From Amphiscolops sp. MND2022 (lineage: Eukaryota), in NCBI GenBank assembly GCA_964187785.1, contig OZ076412.1:39866001-39930000 (forward strand): 64,000 nt of DNA, in the 5' to 3' direction. Both the position numbers and the translations under genes were made by a program. A model generated the notes under the pieces. That model searched no databases. It saw nothing but the letters and a program-made list of their open reading frames with translations, and had not been told where the DNA came from. Shown here one piece after another: positions 21,794-30,444 of the stretch. Position 1 is the stretch's first letter; the number at the start of each line of letters is the position of its first letter.

Positions 21794-23023
21794 ATGGAAT
21801 TATTTTCTTTGAAAAATAAATATGTTCTCGATAATCCAATTCATAAAATTGATTTTATTAAATACTCGCCTAGTAGTTTAGCTACAATCAACAACAATAA
21901 TTCAAATATTTCCATCATTTTCCCAAGAGAAGATGCTTATATTTGTTTACAAAACTCATACATTAGTCTAGAATTTGAAGTTCTTAAAAACGATAACACA
22001 CGCTACGTAGACAACGACCAAATAAGCTTGGTCAACTTTGGGCCTGTTGCTTTATTTAGTGAAGCTAAACTTGTGACATCATCAGGAAAGCATCTTGAGA
22101 AAGTTGATAACCTACACCCAGTATGTTTAATGTACAAGCTTTTGACTAGCAACCAACAAACAAGTCAATTGATGTACGGATTTGAAGAATCAGAAAACAC
22201 CAGGCGATTAGAATTAACAAACCACAAAACAGAAAAAAGAACCTTTTTTGTTAGAATAAAACTAAAAGACTTGTTTGGATTTGCTGATCAAGAAAAAATA
22301 ACTTACGGATTGGGTTATTCTCTGACATTAAAACGTAATAATAATAACGACCCTATCATCAGGGACAACGGTGTAGATGCTGCAAAAATAGATATAAAAG
22401 ATATTGCTTGGCACATTCCACACTATGTACCCAGTATGGAAAACCAGCAGCTTGTCCTTAATCAAATATTAGATAAAGACCCAACCGAGTTGTATTATAT
22501 AGAACGAACTGTCTTTAGAAAAGATATTAACACCAATAATAATTGGACATTTGAATTAGGCAACAGTGGAGAATCGACACCAACATACGTGATAGTTGGA
22601 TTTCAAGCTAGAAATAAAATTGATTCACAAACACATAACAACTCAACATTCGATCGACTTTCGGTTAGTAATGCAGTTTGTAAAATAGGATCAGAAAAAT
22701 ATCCCGATGATGGAATAGAATGTGACTACGACCGCGACAAATACGATCAAGCTTATTATGAAATCGAAAACTTCTATAACTTACATTCTGAATCTAATCT
22801 ACTCAATCCGTTTATCAGTTTGCACAAATTCCGAACGAGTTACAATTTTTATGTATTTGACCTATCTAAGCAAAAACCACCTATAGCATCTCAACCTATT
22901 AGATTAGAATTTAAATTTAGTGCTGCTTTTGGTGTAGCAGATTATGTAGCTTATGCCCTTGTACTAACACCCAAGTTAATAAGTATTAGTAGTGACGGAC
23001 AAAGACACTTTGATCTTTTATAA
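21794..23023 (+). CDS. Major capsid protein (double jelly-roll, hexon-like)
   Basis: 409 aa, beta-rich; PTYVIVGFQ...FD...VSNAVCKIGSEKYP...YDQAYYE...FYVFDLSKQ, typical of the Polinton MCP C-terminal jelly roll. Confidence 0.9.
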   Translation: MELFSLKNKYVLDNPIHKIDFIKYSPSSLATINNNNSNISIIFPREDAYICLQNSYISLEFEVLKNDNTRYVDNDQISLVNFGPVALFSEAKLVTSSGKHLEKVDNLHPVCLMYKLLTSNQQTSQLMYGFEESENTRRLELTNHKTEKRTFFVRIKLKDLFGFADQEKITYGLGYSLTLKRNNNNDPIIRDNGVDAAKIDIKDIAWHIPHYVPSMENQQLVLNQILDKDPTELYYIERTVFRKDINTNNNWTFELGNSGESTPTYVIVGFQARNKIDSQTHNNSTFDRLSVSNAVCKIGSEKYPDDGIECDYDRDKYDQAYYEIENFYNLHSESNLLNPFISLHKFRTSYNFYVFDLSKQKPPIASQPIRLEFKFSAAFGVADYVAYALVLTPKLISISSDGQRHFDLL

Positions 23024-23114
23024 TTCATCAATTCATCAATATAAAAACATTAGATGAAAACGAATCTGTAATTAAAAAATTGAAAATTTATTTGAAATAA
23101 ATAATATATAATAA

Positions 23115-23312
23115 ATGAAGTACATAAATAATAAATTTTACACTGAAGTTAATAATCCAAAGTACATTATCAATGATGGTAAAATTCTGAGAGAAACATC
23201 TCCTCCCAAGTCATTGAAATCTAAATATGAAGTTATGAATGGTGTTAAATTAGATAAAAAATCAAATATAATTGAATTAGATGACGGATCTCTTCATATT
23301 GTAACGAAATAA
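23115..23312 (+). CDS. Small Polinton protein, 65 aa
   Basis: TAAATG start; its TAA stop directly abuts the next ATG. Confidence 0.6.
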   Translation: MKYINNKFYTEVNNPKYIINDGKILRETSPPKSLKSKYEVMNGVKLDKKSNIIELDDGSLHIVTK

Positions 23313-23850
23313 ATGGATGAAGAAGAATTTTTAAATCCTACCATGTGTAGGAGATGTAATAGAAATGCTCTACTAGAATACGAGTATGAATTCACTTGTT
23401 ATGTATGTGAATTCAATGTTATAAAAACTAAAAATCAATTGACAAAAGTTCAAAGAAAAAAGAATATCAATTTTAAAGGGAGATTAACATATGCAACTCC
23501 GAAAATAATTGGTATTTGTATGGAAGTTAATTCATTAGTTCAAACCAATGATATAGACGTTCTCGCAGCTGTCCTGACATATCTTAAAAAGAAGAGACTA
23601 AATATCTTAGAAGAAATCCTAAACAAGTTTGATGACATGCCTGATGATTTCGAAAAAAAATGTCTTCGCTGCATCTGAAGGAATTCACAAAGCTGGAGAT
23701 TATGCACTTAGGATGATGAAGTGGTTGGTCTCGGCTAGGTATTATGAAAACATTAACTATTATGACTTGATAGCAACTACTTTAAGATATATGAAGTGGG
23801 AACAGCTCTTTGTGAGGAAAGAAGTTTTCTTGTTTATAAATGAGCGATAG
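23313..23850 (+). CDS. Zinc-ribbon protein (CxxC...CxxC), probably one gene split by a 1-nt frameshift
   Basis: ORFs 23313-23678 and 23629-23850 join if the A8 run at 23653-23660 were A7. Confidence 0.55.
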
Positions 23851-24013
23851 TGAAGGTGAAACAATTTATCCTGAAAGTGAGGTTTCTGAGGATGAATCTC
23901 TACATAGTTCAGATGAAGACTTTATCGATGATTCGGAGAGCGAAGATGAAGACTATATCCCCCCAAAACGGAAGCGGCGAAATATAGAAATTATTATAAA
24001 AATAGAAAAATGA
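23840..24013 (+). CDS. 57-aa acidic Ser/Asp/Glu protein with C-terminal NLS (below ORF-track cut-off)
   Basis: TATAAATG start; MSDSEGETIYPESEVSEDESLHSSDEDFIDDSESEDEDYIPPKRKRRNIEIIIKIEK*. Confidence 0.7.
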   Translation: MSDSEGETIYPESEVSEDESLHSSDEDFIDDSESEDEDYIPPKRKRRNIEIIIKIEK

Positions 24014-24044
24014 AAAAACAATTGAATAAAAATTTATATAGTAA

Positions 24045-24350
24045 ATGGATGAAACATATCATAGGAAATATTGTGAAGCTTGTGATAAACAAGTTCACAC
24101 ATCATCGTTTGCAAAGCATCTGAAGTCTAAAATTCATTTACAGAAAAATGTAGGTGTAATCCCACAAAAACCCAGAGTTCTACTAGCAGTGGAAGAACAA
24201 CAAGAACCTAGAGTTCTACCAGCAGTGGAAGAACAACAAGAACCTAGAGTTCTACCAGTAGTGGAAGAACAACAACAACCTCGAGCTCGACCTATCCCCC
24301 CAAAACGGAATCGGAGAAATATAGAAATTATTATAAAAATAGAAAAATAG
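24045..24350 (+). CDS. Chimeric zinc finger / 12-aa repeat / NLS protein
   Basis: YCEACDKQVHTSSFAKHLKSKIH finger, PRVLxxVEEQQx x3, and tail IPPKRNRRNIEIIIKIEK. Confidence 0.65.
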   Translation: MDETYHRKYCEACDKQVHTSSFAKHLKSKIHLQKNVGVIPQKPRVLLAVEEQQEPRVLPAVEEQQEPRVLPVVEEQQQPRARPIPPKRNRRNIEIIIKIEK

Positions 24351-24382
24351 AAAAAACAATTGAATAAAAATTTATATAGTAA

Positions 24383-27300
24383 ATGAACACAACGAATACC
24401 AAATATTGTGAAGTGTGTGATAAACACATTCACACAGCATCCTTCTCGAGACATGAGAAATCTAAAATTCATTTACACAATATTGGCGTTGTACCGGGAG
24501 ACCCTATACAACGAAGGGCGCGATCGGTCCCAACACTAAAACAATTAGCGAGAGCTAAAGTCAATCTCTCAGAAAAAGAGTTGGCAAAACATATGATAAA
24601 TCCATACTACTTCTCTAAAAGATATGAACCTCAATATGATGTTAATCTTGATCAACACCACCCCAAACACTTAAATAGTAAGATAACTGTCAAACCTAAA
24701 TATGATCTCCCTATTGAATTGCTCGATCTGAATAATATCTTCAAAGAAATGTCAGCAATATATGCTAGGTTAATTGAGCAATATAAATTCAAATATCAAG
24801 TTGTCTTCTCAGTTATTTTCGATAAGGAGACTCGAGATGAGTTAGAACAGTATGTTAGTTTGGAGGTCAATCAGAGTTTAACTTGGAATGATATTGAAAA
24901 GTATGATCTAGAAGGAAAAACAAATGCATTGATTGAAAATCTGGAGATGAAAGATAGTGGTTGGAGATTCTGTAAAATTGCATCGATGACTATATACTTT
25001 TATAAAACTGTTGAACTGAATGGTAGCAGTTATGTTAAAATACCTCTTAGAAGCGCTGCTATTTTAAACATTGAAAATAATGATAAGTACTGTTTTCTAT
25101 GGAGCATCTTAGCTCACCTTCATCCTTGTGAGAATTCTCACCCTAATAGAGTTTCAAACTATCGAGAATATTTTAGAGAATTGAAAACAGATGGATTGGA
25201 ATTCCCTTTTAAAACATCAGATGTTTCTAAATTTGAAAAGATGAATAATCTAGCTATTAATATATTTGAGTTACAGTTCTATCAAGAGGGGGAAAAGTGG
25301 AAACATAAATTGATTCCTATTGAGGTTAGTGAGAACAATTCAGAAACAGTGATTGATTTGGTGATATATAAAAATCACTATGCCCTCATTAAAAAACTTC
25401 ATGTATTCTTAGGAAAAAGGGATTCAAAATTTGTTTGTCGTCGATGTCTAAGTTGCTTTACAAATGAAAACGTTTTGGTGAAACATACTGAAAGATGTAA
25501 GCAACAAGATATCACAGCTATCAGAGTTATCAAGGATAGTCATTTAATGTGGAAGAAGCACTTTCATAAGATCCCACTATATTTCAGGATCTATGGTGAT
25601 TTCGAGTGTAATAATAAAATAGAAGGTTCTCACATAGGTATTAAAACAACAAATATTTTCAAACAAAATCCAATGTGTAATGGCTTTTACATAGTATCTG
25701 AGTTGGAAAATGTTCTACAATCTGGTTATCACTCAACCTTTGGTGGGAATAATGTTGAATGGTTTGTCAATGAAGTTATAAAGATTGAGAACAAGATGAA
25801 TTTCTATTTTAAGAATACAAAGAAAGAGATTGTGATGACTCAAGAAGATGAGGAAGATTTCAAGAATAGTACTCATTGTTGGTTTTGTGAACTTCCTTTA
25901 GAAGAGAGAGCTGTCAGAGATCATTGCCATCTTACTGGTAAGTATCGGGGGGCTGCACATGAAAAGTGTAATATAAATGTGAAACAGAAACAGAGTAATT
26001 TCATACCATTCATGTTTCACAACTTTAGTAACTATGATTGTCACTTGTTCTTTAAAACATTGATTGATAAAAAATCAGATAATGTTCCCTTTCATGTTAT
26101 ACCTAAGACAAATGAAGAATATATATCAATTTCATATGGTTGTATTAGATTTATAGATTCATATAGATTTTTATCAAGTAGTTTAGATGGGTTGGTTAAA
26201 ACAGTTGATGAGCTGACAATTCTGATGAGAGAGTTTCCTGATAATTGGGAGCTGTTGAGTAAGAAGTTGGCGTACCCCTATGAATATTTTAAATCTCTTG
26301 ATGATTATGATTTACCAATTTCGAATCTTGAAAGAGATGATTATTTCAGTAGATTGAAAAATGGATATCCACAAGATAGTGAGATTCAGAGAACAAATGA
26401 GATCATTGAAACTTTTAAGATTAAAACTGGAAAGGAGTTGACTGAGTTGTATTTGAAAACTGATGTTGTTTTGTTAGCAGATGTGTTTGAGAAGTTCATA
26501 AAGGTATCAATAAACGAATTTAAAATCAATCCGTTATATTGTGTTAGTCTTCCTGGATTTACTTGGGAATGTGGATTGAAATATACTGGGATTAATTTGC
26601 AAACACTTCAAGATAAAGATATGATCTTAATGTTAGAGAATAATATTAGAGGTGGGATTTCATCTGTTATGGGGGATAGATATGTTAAATCAGATGAAAA
26701 CAAAAAGATTTTATATATTGATGCTAATAATCTATATGGGTGGGCAATGAGTCAGTATTTGCCATATGATGATATAAAATTTGATGGTAATGTTAAGTTG
26801 GAAGATATATTAGATACACCTGATGATAGTGAGGTTGGGTATTTTGTTGAAGTTGATTTGAAATATCCTGAAGAGATAAGAGAGAAGACTGTGAACTTCC
26901 CATTCTGTCCAGAAAATAAATTTTCACCTCAAGATAACTGTACTGAGTATATGAAAAAAATGAAGCAGGATAGTTATGTTAAATGTAAAAAGTTAATATG
27001 TGATTGGACTGATAAGAAAAGGTATTTGATACATTATCGAATGTTGAAGTTTTATGTGAGACATGGTATGATTGTTGAGAAAGTTCATGAAGTAATTTCT
27101 TTTAAGCAGAGTAAGTGGTTGGAGAAGTATATTGATTTTAATACTCAGAAAAGGAATAAAACAAAAAACGATTTTGAGAAAGATTTTTACAAACTATTAA
27201 ACAATGCGTTCTATGGAAAGACAATGGAGAATGTGCGAAATAGAACTAAGATCGAGTTCATTAAAAAGAATGAAGAAGAGAAGATGGTGAAGTGGCAATC

Positions 27301-27955
27301 TAAGTTGACGTTTAATGGGATCCATAAATGTTATGAGAAATATGATAGTTTCACGTTTAAGATGAATGAGGTTCTGATGGATAAGCCAATATATCTTGGA
27401 TTCTCTGTGTTGGAGTTGAGTAAGCTGTTGATGTATGAGACCTACTATGATAAATTTCAACCATATTTTGGGGAAGAAAATATTCAACTTCACTATACCG
27501 ACTGCGACTCAATGGTGTTGAGTATAAAGACAAGAGATATTGTTGAAGACTTATATAACCTCAAAGATTTGTTTGATTTCAGTAATTTAAACAGAGAGCA
27601 TAAGTTGTTTAGTGAAGAAAATAAGAAAGTAGTTGGTAAATTTAAAATTGAAACACCTGGGAGTATTTGGATTGATGAATTTGTTTGTTTGAGAAGTAAA
27701 GCATATTCATATAAATGTGGTAGTGAAAGTTCTAACAAACTAAAAGGTATCTCAAAATCTCAGAGTAAGAATATAAAGTTTGAAGAGTATTACAACTGTT
27801 TATTTGGGGGTGATTATCAAAGAGAATGTGAAAATTTTGTAATTAGATCTATAGATCATGATATGTTTCTTCAAAAGGTTACAAAGAATTCTTTATCTGC
27901 ATTTGATGAGAAGCGTTGTTATTTGAATAATATTGAAAGTATCCCTTGGATGTAA
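24383..27955 (+). CDS. polB: Protein-primed family B DNA polymerase (pPolB), 1190 aa
   Basis: Exo I YGDFE, Exo II FHNFSNYD, Exo III LYLKTDV; Pol A IDANNLYGWAM, Pol B KLLNNAFYGK, Pol C YTDCDS; N-terminal Zn finger, vOTU-like Cys/His and an EndoVII-like insertion. Confidence 0.97.
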   Translation: MNTTNTKYCEVCDKHIHTASFSRHEKSKIHLHNIGVVPGDPIQRRARSVPTLKQLARAKVNLSEKELAKHMINPYYFSKRYEPQYDVNLDQHHPKHLNSKITVKPKYDLPIELLDLNNIFKEMSAIYARLIEQYKFKYQVVFSVIFDKETRDELEQYVSLEVNQSLTWNDIEKYDLEGKTNALIENLEMKDSGWRFCKIASMTIYFYKTVELNGSSYVKIPLRSAAILNIENNDKYCFLWSILAHLHPCENSHPNRVSNYREYFRELKTDGLEFPFKTSDVSKFEKMNNLAINIFELQFYQEGEKWKHKLIPIEVSENNSETVIDLVIYKNHYALIKKLHVFLGKRDSKFVCRRCLSCFTNENVLVKHTERCKQQDITAIRVIKDSHLMWKKHFHKIPLYFRIYGDFECNNKIEGSHIGIKTTNIFKQNPMCNGFYIVSELENVLQSGYHSTFGGNNVEWFVNEVIKIENKMNFYFKNTKKEIVMTQEDEEDFKNSTHCWFCELPLEERAVRDHCHLTGKYRGAAHEKCNINVKQKQSNFIPFMFHNFSNYDCHLFFKTLIDKKSDNVPFHVIPKTNEEYISISYGCIRFIDSYRFLSSSLDGLVKTVDELTILMREFPDNWELLSKKLAYPYEYFKSLDDYDLPISNLERDDYFSRLKNGYPQDSEIQRTNEIIETFKIKTGKELTELYLKTDVVLLADVFEKFIKVSINEFKINPLYCVSLPGFTWECGLKYTGINLQTLQDKDMILMLENNIRGGISSVMGDRYVKSDENKKILYIDANNLYGWAMSQYLPYDDIKFDGNVKLEDILDTPDDSEVGYFVEVDLKYPEEIREKTVNFPFCPENKFSPQDNCTEYMKKMKQDSYVKCKKLICDWTDKKRYLIHYRMLKFYVRHGMIVEKVHEVISFKQSKWLEKYIDFNTQKRNKTKNDFEKDFYKLLNNAFYGKTMENVRNRTKIEFIKKNEEEKMVKWQSKLTFNGIHKCYEKYDSFTFKMNEVLMDKPIYLGFSVLELSKLLMYETYYDKFQPYFGEENIQLHYTDCDSMVLSIKTRDIVEDLYNLKDLFDFSNLNREHKLFSEENKKVVGKFKIETPGSIWIDEFVCLRSKAYSYKCGSESSNKLKGISKSQSKNIKFEEYYNCLFGGDYQRECENFVIRSIDHDMFLQKVTKNSLSAFDEKRCYLNNIESIPWM

Positions 27956-28056
27956 TGTGAATGTCCTTGAGTTTGAGTAATAACTAATAGTATAGAAAGG
28001 GGGATTTGATATTAACTTGAAGGGTGCAAGGAGGGTGAGGGAGCGAAGCGGAGCGG

Positions 28057-28304
28057 AGTAGTGTATATAATCGTATTTGACATTAGCGCGAGGTAGCCAT
28101 GAGCGAAACGGAGCGAAGCGGAGCAAAGCGAGCAAAGCGGAGCGAAGTGGAGTTGAGTGAATGGCTAAGCGATGTGGTGAATGAAGTGAGAGAATCGAGC
28201 GAAGCGAGATCGAGCGAAGCGAGATCGAGTGAAGTGAGATGATCGAGCGGAATGAGCCAGCTCGCGCCTTCGCGCTGGTGTCAAATACGATTATATACAC
28301 TACT
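28057..28304 (-). repeat. Polinton right terminal inverted repeat (self-complementary, expanded loop)
   Basis: AGTAGTGTATATAATCGTATTTGAC at 28057 and its reverse complement ending at 28304; the loop is made of GAGCGAAGC-type repeats. Confidence 0.9.
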
Positions 28305-28489
28305 AATATGGGACCCTAGGTATGTCTGATTTGAAGGGCACTCCGAAGTCTTCAATACACTCTACTGTCTCAATTTTATCACAATCCACGCTTGCTTGGC
28401 TCTATTTCAAGACTTTTGTTTTCTCTCCAAATCGGTGTTTGAAAGTAATAACTTCTCAAGTTCTCGAAACGCGAAAGAGCAAGTAAGGA

Positions 28490-28914
28490 TGTTGTGACTC
28501 AAAATTTTGATTGATGAATTTCTTTGATTGTGATTCATACGTGAAATCCTTTGAATAATTTTAAGTTGTTGATTATTCGTATTGCTCATTGCAAGTTCTC
28601 ATGGATGAAATTATTAGAAAAACAATCTTTGCGCATTTGCAAGATATAGAAACGAAATTCAAGAAAAGAAAAGAGAAAGAGGAAACCAGTTCCTCAGGGA
28701 ATTGTATTTAGAAACTGTCCCCTCTGTGTTACCCCTCCTCTTTTCTGATTACTCTCACATAATAAATATACTTTATATAGTATCAAGTATTTACTGGCCT
28801 CAAGCTTTTTCTAATCTTAGTCAGTGTTTCCGGGCATTTCCTGACCAATCATTTTATGACCACTGCCCCCACGACTGCTACGACGAATTCATCCATTATG
28901 CGAGTTCAGTAACA
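28490..28914 (+). repeat. 5' LTR of BEL element 2
   Basis: TGTTG...AACA; aligns with 35427-35846. Confidence 0.9.
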
Positions 28915-28917
28915 TTT

Positions 28918-28931
28918 TGGCGCCCGAGTCG
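28918..28931 (+). promoter_or_regulatory. Primer binding site, tRNA-Lys-like
   Basis: TGGCGCCCGAG 3 nt after the LTR end; matches the start of the known tRNA-Lys PBS TGGCGCCCGAAC. Confidence 0.7.
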
Positions 28932-30444
28932 ATCGCATTTTTTGTGTCTGTTACCACGTTGGTTTCAATTCGTTACGTCTCTGGGATTCTTCTTTCCACT
29001 TGTTCCAATCTTCGTTACGTCTCTTGTTCTTCCGTCGCCTTTGTTTTATTTGAACTATTCGAACAACTTTTGTTTCACCTACATTCGTTTCGTTTTGTTT
29101 CGCCTTTGTTACGTTCTTATCATCTTTTACTTCTTTCAGTATGTTTATCATCGGAGCCAGCTGTCTCCATAATAACCTCAAGTCAAAGTCCATCCCTCAT
29201 TCCTTTCGTTCACTCTCCAAAAGATCTTTTGCACTACAAGGACTCAGTTTCAACCCTTCTTCAAATTTTCGTTACACAATTTTGTAAAATCTAGCATAAA
29301 TAGTTACACATCCCTGTCACCTGAAGAGTTGATACAACTGCGCTTTGAATTCCGAAATCGCATCCGCGCCATTGTTTCCGTTCAACGGAGCGGAAGTCCA
29401 AACATCCTGAAAGAACTTTTTTCATCTGGAATCCTCTGTTTATTCGCTCAAAATAAATTGTTGTCTCAGAGAAAACGAAGGACTCTTTCTGTCCTCTGTT
29501 CGTTTAGTAGTATTCACGCTTCGCTTGCCTTGGATTCCCATCTATTTCGCATTGTAGTCGAGCATCAACAAAACCTAGTTTCACTTCTGAAGAAACAGCG
29601 CAAAAACAAGCGAGACAGGCTGTCCTCCCAGGCTCATCAATAATTCTGTTGCTGACGATTTTTGATCCTGTGACACTCAAAGTGCGTTAACTGGCACGGG
29701 TCGATCAGGGTGAGATTAGTTGTTCGTAACATCTTTCCGGAAAACGGAACATCCTTTGATGCCTTCCAAACTTTTCAGCTGCTTCGCAGTGCCTCCCAAA
29801 ACTTATAATTTACGCAATTGAGCCGTCTATCGGCGACGATGCCCATGTTGACGGCTCGGCCGACACTCAAACTGTCGACTCTGAGCCTTCTGAAATGAAC
29901 ACTATCCCCAATTTCATTTTGTTACAGCAGGAAAAAGTTGCAAGTTTGTTATCCCTTGGCAATGATTTGCTAACTAACTACACTGATGTTGATTTGTTCT
30001 GTTACGTCAGAATTAGCAGTTGCTGAAACTAAGCTTGTTCGCTTGACAAAATCTTCAAATCTCAACCACTGACTTGGCTTCTCATGCCAACAAATTGACA
30101 TCTATCAAATTCGACATCGTCGCTTCAAGGGATCAGTGGCTAGAAGCAAAAAGTCCTCTTGCGGTGGTAGTAACTCTAACGATCCTCCGAAAATCAGCCG
30201 CTGCAACTTCTGAGCTTTCACACAACATTCCTTCTTAATCGTTTTCGCATCATCCCACGGAGACAACTTCACTGCTGTACCTCCATCAACCAATGCCGTT
30301 TCATTTTCACCATCCACCGCCCAATATGCCATTGTCAAATAACCTTTCTGTATTACGCAATCGCTCGACACATCTGCGCATTATAATTCTATTGTTCCAG
30401 CATCTATCTGCACGACCAACCCCCTTCATGACAATACAGATACT

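Larger units (their letters stand above)
12947..28304 (+). mobile_element. Complete Polinton/Maverick (adintovirus-like endogenous virus), 15,358 bp
   Basis: 5'-AGTAGT...ACTACT-3' termini, identical 6-bp TSD AATATG at 12941-12946 and 28305-28310, and a full set of pPolB, INT, MCP, penton, ATPase and protease genes. Confidence 0.97.
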
